The notes: generated by a model from the sequence alone, not told the origin. A DNA stretch of 64,000 nucleotides from Octopus bimaculoides (GCF_001194135.2 NC_068983.1:102137969-102201968), one strand, 5' to 3'. Counted from the first letter of the stretch, positions 39,801 through 51,190 are shown. Program-made: numbers and translations.

Positions 39801-42800
39801 AGAGTTAGCAACAGGAAGTGTATGAAGCTGCGGAAAATCTACCACAACAAAATCTGTCTGACATATGTGAGCACGGAGAGCATCCCTCATCATTTTGTAG
39901 GAGCTCAGAGACCTGTGCTGTGTGAGGAAGGATGATAGGAACTATAAAACTGGTATAAATCCCTGCAACAAAGTAGACTCTGCAAAAGGCACCTGAAGGT
40001 CAGATAGTGGTGTTAAACTAGGTACCTGAGTAAGCCTACCAATCGAGAACAAGTATAGTTCATCTGATAAGATTTTACACAGCTTCTATTTTCACTTGGC
40101 TTCAGCCACTTGTGGCTATAGGAAGACCAAAGTAACATGTAGTGGAGCTGAATTCAGAATGAAATGATTACACAACAAACTTTTTACCCACATTGTCATG
40201 CTTGTCTCATATAGACAACAAAGTCCACATAATGCTGTGATTAAAATATGCTGAGTCCAATTACCAAGATTACTGAGAAGTTATTAGGTATACATAATTA
40301 ATAGGAGCAGGCATAGCCACTTGGTTAAGAAGCTTGCTTCTTAACCATGTGGTTTCAGGTTCAGTCCCACTGTATGGCATCTTGAGAAAGTGTCTTCTAC
40401 AATAGTTATGGAGTGACCAAAGCTTTGAGTAGAACTGATAGACTGAAAGTCATAGAAGCCTGTCATGTACATCTATGTGTGTGCCTGTATTTGCTTACAC
40501 TTGCATTTTTTGGAATATTGTGAGCAACAAGAGATAATGATGTCATTTATTTCATCAAGAAATCATTTGCTGGTTTTATATCTTCAAAGATATATGAAAT
40601 ATGAGGGCTCCTACTTGGAGAAAAAGGTAATGATTATTGTCAAGAAGGGCATTGAGCTGTAAAACAATGTTTTAATAACACATTTGTCAAATCCATGCCA
40701 GTATGGGAAAATGGATGTAAAACGGACGCAACAAAATTACTTTAATCCTTTAGCATTTAAACTGGCCATACCAGGGCCAAATATTCTTACTGTTCTATGT
40801 TCAAACTGGCCACATCTGGCCTCTCATACCTACCATACAATGTCATTCTAAAAATAAACAATCACATCATCAAAATCTCAAAGGCATGAGATAATGCATA
40901 ACTAATTCAAAATATTTTGATTAAATAAGCATTAGTTGATTGTATAATCTGAATGCTAAAGGATTAAATTGAGAGTATCTTTGAGTGAATTATGTCTTCT
41001 TTTCTGATTTACTTTACTGAAAGACTTTATATTGTTGCTGGTCTGGTAGCAACCATTAACCCTTTAGCATTCAAATTACTCTGTCAAATGTTAAGCTTAT
41101 TTATTCATGTTGTTTTCAATTAATCACACATTATCTTGTAGCTTTGAGATTTCAATGAAGTATTTGTTTAATTTTGGAATGACATTGCAGAGGAGTTGTG
41201 AGAAGCCTGATCTGGTCAATTTGAACACAAAACAGGTACAATATTTGGGTCTGATATGGCTGGTTTGAATGCTTAAGGGTTAAAAAACATATTTCATTTC
41301 TGTATCAAGTCAATAATAGAGAATATATAATAATCAAAAATGTACTGGAAGACTAGTAGTAGGTTGCTGGAATTAAGAAGGGTTGACTTGGTTAAACGAA
41401 ATGTAAGCAAATTATAGATAAAATGACAAAATGAGTGAATGAATAAGTGTCTATGTGGTTACTTGGCCTGCTAGAAATGGCAGCTACATCTTCTTCAGCT
41501 TTACTTTACCATTTTAACTAAGGATAATGTAGTGCTATGTTCTCCTCAAGAATAAGATGGTTACAGTTGAGATTCTTTTGATCTAGGATTAAACAGCAAA
41601 GCATAATTTTGGAGGATGTGAGGTTACCTTGTAGACAGACCCTTATAACTAGGCCACCATGAAAAACTGCGTAGATAAATTGTTTATGGAAATGAAAGGC
41701 TCCTTGTTCTTGTGACACTTACTGAAAGAAAAGTTTTGACTAAATGAAACCAAAGTATATTTGGAACATTCGTTTCTCTTGTGAAGGGGAAAAAAATCTG
41801 ATGACTAACCTGTACCAGTTTAGTTGAAGAAGTATGGCCAGACCTAGTGTTAACTGAGAACCAAGGAATACAAGAGCTTCAAAACGACTTATTTCTCCAG
41901 CAGCTATAGGTCGTGTCACAGTTCGTGTTACCTGAAACAAGAATTTATCTACGTTATACACAAGAACCATTTTAATCCTTGTATGGTTGTTATTGACTTA
42001 CCCCCTTGCCCAAACTTGCTGGCCTTGTACCAAAATTTGAAACCAATATTTACATCTACACTATGTCTCAATCAATCTGATGCTCATTTGCCACCAACAA
42101 TCTAATTCCTGGATGAGTACAAATACCGAGTTAGATTCGAAGAAGCTTTATTTCTAAACTAAGAGTAATAATGTTCTTATTCACTACTCTACAGACACAT
42201 GTACAATTAATTCTACATTTCTAAGTCATTTAATTTCATTAAAGATAGCCATATAGAGCTGAAATCAGTGCTGAGTTTACTGATTGAGTAATCAGCAACT
42301 ATTTGCAGACACAGACCCTCCTTAGTTTCCTCAGATTCTATTCTTCAATTATATGTGCTGCTTCTTTGATTTTTCTAACTTTCCACTGCAGCTGTCAAGT
42401 GATTATGGAAATTTCATACAACAGTGGAATATGTTTTTCTTCTCATGCAGCATATATGCTCAACCATTCCTGATTAAGATACTTCTTTAGTTAAGGCTTT
42501 CTAATGTTCCTCTATCTTGACTTCTAGAGATTGTTGAGTTTCAACTTTATAAGAAATAAAACCTTCACAAATGCAGAGGAAAAAGCAGATCAAACTGTCT
42601 CAAATACATATCTGTTATTTGTTTTATTTACCTTGGAAGATAAAGTCAAATCCAGTGGGAACTGAATCCAGAATCTAAAAGTACACAATTATTCTGTTTG
42701 GCACTCTACCGATTCTGCTCTGCCACAGCTGTAATGATTCCTAACCCAATCAACATAGTCAACAAAAACATCATCACATTATTTTAGGTAAAACAAAAAT

Positions 42801-43913
42801 CAAATGACAAAAATAAACTAACTTTCTTATCAAAGTCTCTGTCCCACATGTCATTGATAATGCAACCACTTCCACGCATTATTAATGCCCCAACCCCAAA
42901 TAATGTCAACATTTTCAAGTCTGGAAGATGACCAGGTGTAGCAGCCATAGCTATACTCCAAGTGCAAGGCCAGTATAATAGCCATGTTCCTGAAAATATA
43001 AGAACATTGAAATAATTTTTATGGAAAATTTTGTTTGTTTGTATTTTTGGGATGGGTTAAGATTAGATCACGAAGACTATCTTTTATTTTTTACTTGTTT
43101 CAATCATTTGACTATGGCCATGCTGGGGCACTGTCTTGAAGGGTTTTAATCAAACAAATCAACCTCAGAACTTATTTTTTTAAAAGCTAGGTACTTATTC
43201 TAGCAGTCTCTTTTTGCCAAACTGCTAAGTTACAGGGATATAAACACACCAACAACGATTGTCAAGTGGTGAGGGACAAACAGACATAAAGACACAAACA
43301 CACATATCATCATCGTTTAACGTCCGCTTTCCATGCTAGCATGGGTTGGACGATTTGACTGAGGACTGGTGCAACCGGATGGCTACACCAGGCTCCAATC
43401 TAATTTGGCAGAGTTTCTACAGCTAAATGGAACCCTGTGATTGGGGAGCAAGCTTTTAACCACTAGCTGATAAATATTAAAGAGGTATGACATGGAAAAT
43501 TTGTAAAGAATTTGAGAATATAAATTTGAATAAAAACAAGATGAGTTTAATCTATATGACAAGAAGAATATAAAATTTCGATTTTTACCAATTGGTTTAT
43601 CTAAGCGTATAAGTCTTAAATATGGTTGGATATGTTGAGGTGCAGCAGTGACTATCTTTTGTGTAGAAAATGAGAAATGACGATTGCTTTCATTTGGTAT
43701 TCTTGATAAGGAACCACATTGCTTCTTCAAAATAATGTGTTTTTGAGATTCAGAGCTATATTTGAAACCTCTTGATTCTTGTAAGTAATCCTTTTGAGTA
43801 CTTTGAAAATAGTTTCCAATTGTTGGAAGGACAAAAGATGCTGGAACTCGAGTAGACAAGCAAGTGGTTATATGTGGACAAAGGAATTTAGCCAGTAATT
43901 TATTTGACAGCAT
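31614..43913 (-). CDS. COQ2: 4-hydroxybenzoate polyprenyltransferase, mitochondrial (UbiA family), complete 7-exon CDS, 381 aa
   Basis: Exons 43913-43589, 42989-42823, 41931-41810, 39050-38965, 36958-36825, 33582-33394, 31736-31614 total 1146 nt with all phases consistent. Motifs [55 protein letters not shown] and [17 protein letters not shown] are present. The basic, Ser-rich N-terminus fits a transit peptide. Confidence 0.96.
32239..32541 (+). mobile_element. tRNA-derived SINE with an intact 13-bp target-site duplication
   Basis: AAGACATGTTGCA at 32226-32238 and 32542-32554; head GGCCTAGTGGTTAGAGC...GGTTTGAATC; (CAA)n tail. Confidence 0.82.
33394..33582 (-). CDS. COQ2: COQ2 exon 6 ([19 protein letters not shown]...HVANQ)
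   Basis: aatcag| acceptor, |gtaaga donor; 63 codons. Confidence 0.94.
33755..34109. repeat. Foldback element with ~154-bp arms, each carrying a tRNA-like cassette
   Basis: Arms 33755-33908 and 33956-34109 differ at 5 positions by my count. Confidence 0.9.
33846..33919 (-). pseudogene. tRNA-Thr(CGT)-like sequence, probably an element-borne pseudo-tRNA
   Basis: GGGCAGTTTAGTTTAATGGTAAAACACTTGACACGTAATCACAGAGATGTGAGTTCGAGTCTCATGGCTGGCCA has A box, B box, D and T arms; acceptor and anticodon stems are imperfect. Confidence 0.5.
36763..36809. repeat. (TA)n microsatellite 15 nt into COQ2 intron 5
   Basis: Pure TA run; other long runs at about 12938-12968, 15107-15152, 21473-21500 and 63296-63364. 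Confidence 0.9.
36825..36958 (-). CDS. COQ2: COQ2 exon 5 ([20 protein letters not shown]...YDTIYAHQ)
   Basis: tttaag| acceptor, CAG|gtaagc donor. Confidence 0.94.
38965..39050 (-). CDS. COQ2: COQ2 exon 4 ([28 protein letters not shown])
   Basis: attcag| acceptor, G|gtaagt donor. Confidence 0.94.
39116..39342 (+). mobile_element. piggyBac-like MITE copy
   Basis: Same body; starts 65 nt from COQ2 exon 4. Confidence 0.78.
40742..40967 (-). mobile_element. piggyBac-like MITE copy (inverted)
   Basis: Reverse complement of the family; TTAA at both ends. Confidence 0.78.
41056..41283 (+). mobile_element. piggyBac-like MITE copy
   Basis: TTAACCCTTTAGCA...GCTTAAGGGTTAA. Confidence 0.78.
41810..41931 (-). 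CDS. COQ2: COQ2 exon 3 ([15 protein letters not shown]...QLNWY)
   Basis: tttcag| acceptor, AG|gttagt donor. Confidence 0.94.
42823..42989 (-). CDS. COQ2: COQ2 exon 2 ([15 protein letters not shown]...[12 protein letters not shown])
   Basis: ttttcag| acceptor, |gttagt donor; absent from the ORF track. Confidence 0.94.
43306..43424 (-). mobile_element. RTE LINE 3' end (short)
   Basis: Same family. Confidence 0.75.
43589..43913 (-). CDS. COQ2: COQ2 coding exon 1 (MLSNKLL...[12 protein letters not shown])
   Basis: ATG at 43913, preceded by an acceptor ttttag|attaaagATG (implies an upstream UTR exon); donor G|gtaaaa. Confidence 0.9.
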
Positions 43914-44247
43914 CTTTAATCTAAAACATACAAAGATAGAAATTATAAGATGGATTTTTAATAACTTTTGATTATTGTTAATTCATAGAATGAAATTAAG
44001 ATCTGAAATATTTTCTTAATTATTGCATAATATTCTTCACTCAATGTGAAGGTTCATTCATAAAAAAGGTACATTTACTAAAGTCGTCAATATAATACAG
44101 TAGTAGAGCTGCCACTGACAAAGGAAGGAGACTATGGTTAATGTAGTCTTAGATATATAAAAAAAAAAAACACTCCAGAAAGGTCACAGTAGGAATAGTC
44201 TAAAACCTGGAGAATCCTTCTCTACTGCTGTAAAAAGGGTAAAAAAT

Positions 44248-44565
44248 AAAGACTCTTTTGGTCATGAATGACTACGGGATTGCACTTCGAAAGTTTCCCT
44301 CCCAAGGCACAAGTCTGGGCAAGGTTGTTTATGGAAGACCAGCAGTTGTCCATGCATACCAGCCTCTCCATGCCACCAGCGGTATCCAAGGGAAAAGCAA
44401 AGGCCAATACAGCTAGGCACAAGTGACGTTGCAACTAATTTCTACAAGTGAGTTAACTGGAGCAATGCGAAATAAAGTGTCTTGCTCAAGAACACAACAC
44501 ACAACCCACTATGGGAAATGAACTCACTAGCTCATGGTTGTGAGCGTGACGCTTTAACCACTGAG
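44248..44565 (-). mobile_element. Second CORE-like SINE with a different 3' body
   Basis: Shares GGAGCAATGCGAAATAAAGTGTCTTGCTCAAGAACACAAC with the 27241-27552 copy. Confidence 0.6.
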
Positions 44566-44880
44566 TTATTCTCTGCTTAAAATATTTAAAATTCAAATAG
44601 AAGAAGTATTTGCTTGCATAATTGCTGAAGTAAGAAAGGTTTGGAAAAAGTGAAAGGAATTGTTTTTGTAACTGACAACTAAAGTTAAGATTTTATTCTT
44701 CTGTGTAAATGCCAGACTGCATGTAGCATGTATAAGGACTGCCATTGAATATAACAGATCTTTGAAGGCTGTGGAGCAATGAAGCATGATCTATTTATTA
44801 ATGAGAAATGTTAACTTTTCCGAAAGAAAGAGCACAAGTGAGCTGAGAGAATGCCTGAGCATTAAAAACATCTGCTACTT

Positions 44881-45128
44881 CAGTGGTCTTCAACCTAGGG
44901 ACCCTTTTGATTCTTATTTTACTCTATGGATCTCCATAGCCAATTAATGTTTAAAAATCCCATTATATTTTCGTAAATTAAATATTATTAGGAATCGTAT
45001 TAAAAAAAAAAATTGCTAAAACATTTTGTGTATTGTAGAAGTATAACTAATTTACTACACACAAATCTTAACAACAAAATATTATATGGGCCCTCAAGGG
45101 CTATATAAACCCCAGTTGAGAATGACTG
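44881..45128. mobile_element. Old hAT-type MITE
   Basis: CAGTGGTCTTCAACC ... GTTGAGAATGACTG termini; 8-bp flanks tgctactt/agctaatg partly match. Confidence 0.55.
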
Positions 45129-46787
45129 AGCTAATGTGTTCTGTGAATGGATGGTGAGTACAAACAAAAATATAAAGGGTTTCCATCAAACAGAGAAATG
45201 AAGGAAGATGTGAGAAGAAATGACTAGATTTGATCTATTTCTAAGATCACAAAAGATTGAAACTAGTGGTGAATAGCAACCCCTGGCTGTGTGGAATATT
45301 AAACAAATGTTAAAACTCTAATGTTATTAAAACTGAAAATGGTGAGATTTATACTCATGGTCACATATAACTAGTATGAATATTTCTTCACACAATTTCA
45401 CATTCTTGCACTAAAAACATACACTTCGTCACAATGTTTGTTGCTTCAATAAAAAAGATAGCATATACAGCAGTAAGAAATCTGACCAGTTGCTAACTTT
45501 CTCTAAATCTCATATATGACCCAACCAACACTGAAGTATTGTTCACATATTTAAGACAGTGCTGTTGTTACAAATATAAACATCTTAGAAAGAACCTAAA
45601 AGGCCTAACAAATTGACAAAAACTCACTCACTTAACACAGTATAAACATTAGCTTAAAGATGTGATGCTTCTCCTTCTGCATCTTCAACTATAACTACTA
45701 CAATGGCTTTGATTCCTCAGAACTAGGAACTTGGTTTCTACTTCTGCTTTAGCTTACACAATGCAGCTACCTCTCTTTCTCCTGTTATCTCTATAGTGTT
45801 CCCTGCCAAATTCTGAAACACTTTGTTCAATCATTCCTATTCAGTGCTTCAGCCTTCAGGATTCTTTCCCTTTCTAACTGTTATTAATCTACAGAACTTC
45901 AAACTGAATACTAATTTCACCAATCTAGAGTGATTTGTCTAAATAATTTCCAAAAATATTATCTCATTGTAATTAGTCTGTAGTATATATACAAATCTAA
46001 GAAATCAAAATATTGTTTTGAATTTTAATCCTTTAATTCCAAAGATGCAAAATTAGCCTTTTCAGATCATCTTAGAGTGTGGAGTCCATACTTTGAACTC
46101 TTGAAGTTCAGTGAAGGGTAATATAAGCAGGAAGTGAGTTCCAGAGGATAGCAGAGTTCAGCAAAGAGCTTAGAACAGAGTGTAGAGAGCAAGACACTTC
46201 ATAGTTAATTGGAGCAGGAGAATGACTGGAACTTGTGGGTTTTGTTGTTGTTTAATTCCAGGTCGGCCTTGATCAAGCATACTTAGGATCAAAGATATTC
46301 TAATCATGATCATCTAGCCTGTTTGTATATCAGGAAGTACACTGTTCTATTTAACTCTCTTTAAAATAGTAGACAGTCATTTAAGGAAGATTTGACTGCT
46401 ACACTTCTTGCAGGTTGGGCAATTGTGTAGAAGTTCCGTATGTTGAATGTAATATATTTTCAATAATATCAGTGGCTGATTAAGGCTGAAATATTTTTTG
46501 ATAGTAAGAATGAAATGCAGTCATTTTGTTCTTGTCTATGTCATCACGACTGCAAGGTTTAGTATGGACAGAGAGTATAAAGGTGTGTTCTTTCCAGTAG
46601 CTTCTAGCCCAGGTTATTGCTTAGTGTCAGGTCAGCCATGATCACATGTATAGTAGCGACAATTGGCTTCCTAGAACTCTATCAATGTAATCCCTATATA
46701 GACTCAATATGCACCTTGACAGAGTTAGGCAATTTGAATATTTTGGTGTCACAATCACTCACAACTTAAGTTTTGACTTACACATTC

Positions 46788-47158
46788 TAGCCTGGGCAAA
46801 GTTCAGAGAACTCTTACCTCTGCTGGCGACAAAGGGACTCTCACTCAGAGTAAAAGACAGACTGTATGACGCATGTGTACGAACAGCCATGCTACATGGC
46901 AGTGAAACATGGGCTGTGACTGCTGAAGACATGCGTAAGCTCGCAAGGAATGAAGCCAGTATGCTCCGATGGATGAGTAATGTCAGTGTGCATACCCGAC
47001 AGAGTGTAAGTATCTTGAGAGAAAAGCTGAACATAAGAAGCATCAGTTGTGGTGTGCAAGAGAGACGATTGCGCTGGTATGGACATGTGGTGAGAATGGA
47101 CGAGGATAGCTGCGTGAAAAAGTGCCACATCCTAACAGTTGAGGGAACCCGTGGAAGT
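46788..47158 (+). mobile_element. RTE-clade LINE ORF fragment (post-RT region)
   Basis: AWAKFRELLPLL...RLYDACVRTAMLHGSETW...RRLRWYGHVVRM; open frame. Confidence 0.88.
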
Positions 47159-47565
47159 GTACAAAAACGGCAGCGAACAACCAAATGTTGAATAAAGGTA
47201 GCCAGTAATAACAACCAAACACTGAATAAAGGCAGTATGTAATTATAACAGCTGCAAATCCAAAGACTAAAACTGAGTACGACCTCTCACTCAAAGATAT
47301 GTCACCGAGAGAGTCAAGCTGAGTGGTGGACACAAAAGGAAAACAATCCTATAAGACATCGCATGATGACAATTATATAAAACTAAGTTCAAATGCTTTG
47401 CGAATGTCAAAGTCAACAATACATTGTTTTCATCAATGTTTTCAAGGACAATAGAAAATTGAAATGTAGAAATAGAAATCTACTGTGGAGTTGTCTTTCA
47501 GAACATCACGATAGAAGATCCTTGTGATCGGTATTTGCTGAAGAACCTCAATAACAATCACTTAC

Positions 47566-47640
47566 GTCCCAGACTTGCTCGATCAGAGCTGATCTGAGGT
47601 TACATAATAACAACAGGCATTTAACTATGTAAACGTAAAT
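47566..47640 (-). other. Possible COQ2 5'UTR exon (only the donor end is defined)
   Basis: Strong minus-strand donor GAC|gtaagtg at 47566/47565. COQ2 needs an upstream non-coding exon. The upper boundary is a guess. Confidence 0.3.
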
Positions 47641-47887
47641 AAAGGAATATAACTTGCAACTTAATATGTTTATTAATAAATGATTTCATCGTAAAAATGC
47701 ATCTTGTGAGCTAAACTGTACATCAACTACACTTTATAATATATGGTATTATCCGAGATTGGGAGAATCATTAGAGCGCCGACCACAATATCTAGTGATG
47801 GCCTTTAACATTCTGAGTTCAAACCTCACCGAAGTTGATTGACCCTGCTTTTCATATTGCCAGAAGTTGATTAAAAAAAAAATAAAA

Positions 47888-48698
47888 GGCACTGTCATGG
47901 TATTAGCTGTCAGAAGTGAAAGTAGAACTGACAAGGAACGTCACTGCTGGTTTGAGTTGATTCTTTGGCTACTGACTAGCCGGAGCTATCTGTCTGTCTG
48001 TCTGTCTATCTCACTATCTCTCTCTCTATATCTATCTATCTATCTATCACTCGTTCACCTCTGTGTCCGTAGAATTTATCAAATTAGAAAACGCAAATTT
48101 AATATAAAAATATATCTATCTATCTATCTATCTCNNNNNNNNNNNNNNNNNNNNNNNTGTGTGTATGTGTGTGTGTGCATGTGTGTGTGTATGTGTGTGT
48201 GTGTGTGTGTGTATGTGTGTGTGTGTGTATTTCTTAAAAGAAGTAGAATAAAAATTAAACTCTTCCTCATCTTGTTCTCTCAATTAAAACTTTCACATAC
48301 TCAATTTAACACACCTGATATCATTGTGGAAAAGTGTAGATAACGGCATGGCATCATATAATTGCAAATTATTTAAAATATAAAAATATAATTTTCAACA
48401 GAGAGAATTTATCAAAATAGAAAACAAATGAAGTTTGAAGTTTAAAAATAATAGGATCGACCACTCCCGACTCTGTGTGTTTTCAAACGCATGTATATAG
48501 GTGTCGAATTTGTTCCAATAACTTTCGAGTGATAGATAGAGAGATAGAGAAAGAGAGAGAGAGAGACAGACAGATAGCTCGCTCCGGCCAGTCATGGTAT
48601 TAGCTGTCAGTAGCCAAAGAATCAACTCAAACCAGCAGTAACGTTCCTTGTCAGATTTTTCTACTTTCACTTCTGACAGCTAATACCATGACAGTGCC
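47888..48698. mobile_element. Long-TIR non-autonomous DNA element (MULE-like by inference)
   Basis: GGCACTGTCATGGTATTAGCTGTCAG... and its reverse complement; arms about 110-165 bp; poly-A flanks; microsatellites and a gap inside. Confidence 0.7.
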
Positions 48699-49368
48699 AA
48701 AAAAAAAAAAAAAAATAGCACTCGATTACTGGATCGGGATATATTCCTATAATGCATCATAAATGTGAATGGAATTATATATATATATATATATATATAA
48801 ACCCAAACAAACCCTAATCAGACAGACTTATGCTTTAGTCCCAGGTTAGGTTCGAAACAGCAAATGATCGAACCTGTCCAATCATGAATATCCCATTTTT
48901 CAGTTGTAGTGTATCTGGGATTATACTATCCAATGTGTCTGCTCTTTTGTAAAGACGCTTTGAATTGAAGGAGCTTTAGCTGCTAGTTTTAAAGATCGCG
49001 TAGAGACCACATCGAAACTCCATGTTTAGATACATGAAAATATGATTCCACTGCCTTCTCTATTATTAAAGATGAAGCAGTAAAGATATTCCTGTATTCC
49101 ATCCACTGTTCCCTCGCCTTATTCACGATTTCGAAAGCAACAATCGTATTTATCCCCGCACCTGTTAGAAGGGCACAGACGATCAAGGGCAATAAATATA
49201 AATATCCCTATTAAAAAAGTAAATACATAACTATTAAACATTAAAAAAGTTTTCCCTTTTTCATAATAAAAAAATATTTTTAGTTACAATACCCACAGTC
49301 AATACAAGAGTCCTCAAACCAGCGAAACGTAACAATATTCATCGAACTGAGCAAACCGGTACACGGAA

Positions 49369-49460
49369 CCAATACTAGGGAGAGTAGATCGTACGTCACC
49401 TCGTGGTAAACTCTTCATACAAAGAGTTCTGCTTTATTTTTGTCATGACATTTTCGCGCC
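49369..49460. promoter_or_regulatory. CpG-rich promoter-like cluster: CCAAT box, CGTCA half-site, E2F-type site
   Basis: CCAAT at 49369-49373, ACGTCAC near 49393 and TTTTCGCGCC at 49451-49460, between divergent COQ2 and MCM2. Confidence 0.45.
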
Positions 49461-50647
49461 ATAAATTTATAATGTATTACTGCCTGAGAATCAGTTTATA
49501 ATAAAAAAAGTTAATGATAATCAAAACTTGCCATTATTTTCATGATTTAATTCAACTATGTTATTATAAATTCAACAACAAAGAAAAATTATTGCGAGTA
49601 AAAGGGTATAATGGTTTCATCAGAATTATATTTTATGGACTATTTTGTTTAGTGCCCTTTCTAGTACTATCTAATATTGACCTCACAGATTTCCCGCCGT
49701 TTATTGTTCAGTTTTTACGCCAACTGTACTGTTTTCCTTGATAACCAGAATGTCTGTAAGTTTATTGTTTTGTATTTTATTGTGCAATTAGATAATTTAC
49801 CGATTAGTTACTTTGTTTTTACATCTTGGCACCGTAAATATGTTATTGATATTAATTTTTTGCATTTAACGATACTATGAAAACAACCAAGATATATCTG
49901 AACTTAGTTACTGAGTAAATTTCTCTGTAATGAATGGAACACTAAATTATGTCCAGTTGCATCATCGATCATTAGCAAAATTTACTTAATAGTATATATA
50001 TATATAGAGAGAGTAATATTATTAATTCGTAAAGCAAGTTATAACATTAGCAGTTTCTTCGGAATTCTTTGTGAATAGTATTTGATTGTTTTAAAAAGAT
50101 CTGTTTTAAATATTTGTCAGTTCACTTACGTGTATAATACTTTTTGGGAAAAGCATATGTATCACAACATCTATTACCTCGGATGATATTCCTTAAGAAA
50201 CGTAAAAAGATTTTTTAGTTATCGTTCGAAATGTTTCAGTACAGTCTCTTTTCAATAAATACTAATCTGTTGAGACAGTTGATATCTGCAGAGAGAAATG
50301 ATATTTTAGGCTAAACCCACCAGGCTGGGTTTTTTTTTTTTCTTCCCGGGTGAAGATCTTTATATTGACCAAAATTCCGTTTACTCACAAGGCTAAGCTG
50401 ACCTTATTCTTTCTGTTACAGCACAAAGTCATAGACTTAATAAATCTTCATTGTGCATTATGAAGTATATATAGGACAGAAAGAAAAAAAAATTAATGAA
50501 GTATGCTTGACGATAATAAAAATCTCTTCGGATCTTTAATTAGCCTGGCTCTAAATTATGACAGTTTTAGATTCCTTTGTTGAAGTAGTCGATAACGAAT
50601 TCAAACGACTTTTTTTTTGTCTGTTCAGATATTTCGCACATAAAATA

Positions 50648-50665
50648 ATGTCTCCCATCCTCCAG
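50648..50665 (+). CDS. Candidate MCM2 start-codon mini-exon (MSPILQ)
   Basis: ATG with A at -3 and a phase-0 donor CAG|gtcaga, compatible with the phase-0 acceptor at 53374. An acceptor-like tract (ttttgtctgttcag) lies just upstream. Too short for homology support. Confidence 0.3.
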
Positions 50666-50844
50666 GTCAGAAGTGTTCATTTATTTAGAAAACATACGAA
50701 AAAAAAAATACTATAATAAAAATCAATATCCCATCAAACTGAATTGCGATTTTTCATTTCCCACTCAAGACAACCGGTTTATTCTTCATTTCGAGACAGC
50801 AAGATACTGGCGATCAGCTGCTATTCATAAGTTTTGAAAACATG

Positions 50845-51190
50845 TTAGACAAAGCTCCGCTCGGTGGTCCAGGTCATGAAGTAGAAATAGATGACAGTTT
50901 GCTCTTCGAAAGGAAGAGCAACGTAGAGAGGATAGGCCATCAAACGTAGGTTGTCGGGTGCTATGATACCACTGCGAAAAAAAAGGATTTCTACAGCTTG
51001 TACCCAACAGAAGCGCAGCAACACTAGAAGCTGTGATAATGGAAAATGTGTTACCCGGTCAGCTATAAGAACTTACAACAGTTGGTTATATTCACAGAAC
51101 GGTTAACCATTCGCAGAATTACGTTGACCCTGAAGCTGGCGCTTGCACAAACCACATCGAGGCCTATTGGTCCCGTATCAAAATTTCAGT
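50845..51190 (+). pseudogene. Merlin / IS1595(ISXO2)-like DDE transposase relic
   Basis: LGGPGHEVEIDDS...VVGCYD...GFLQLVPNRSAATLEAVIMENVLPG...GYIHRTVNHSQNYVDPEAGACTNHIEAYWSRIK, with a stop, frameshifts and a deletion. Confidence 0.85.

Noticed and set aside
47888-47900. CACTGTC near the TIR end resembling an RSS heptamer (Transib/RAG)
   Set aside because: The inverted symmetry extends two bases further (GG/CC), there is no 5-bp TSD, and no nonamer is evident.
49293-49483. Minus-strand frame interrupted by a single TGA (AVIHYKFMARKCHDKNKAELFV*RVYHEV...CIDCG), a possible selenoprotein
   Set aside because: No recognisable selenoprotein motif, no SECIS identified, and the region is better explained as promoter sequence.
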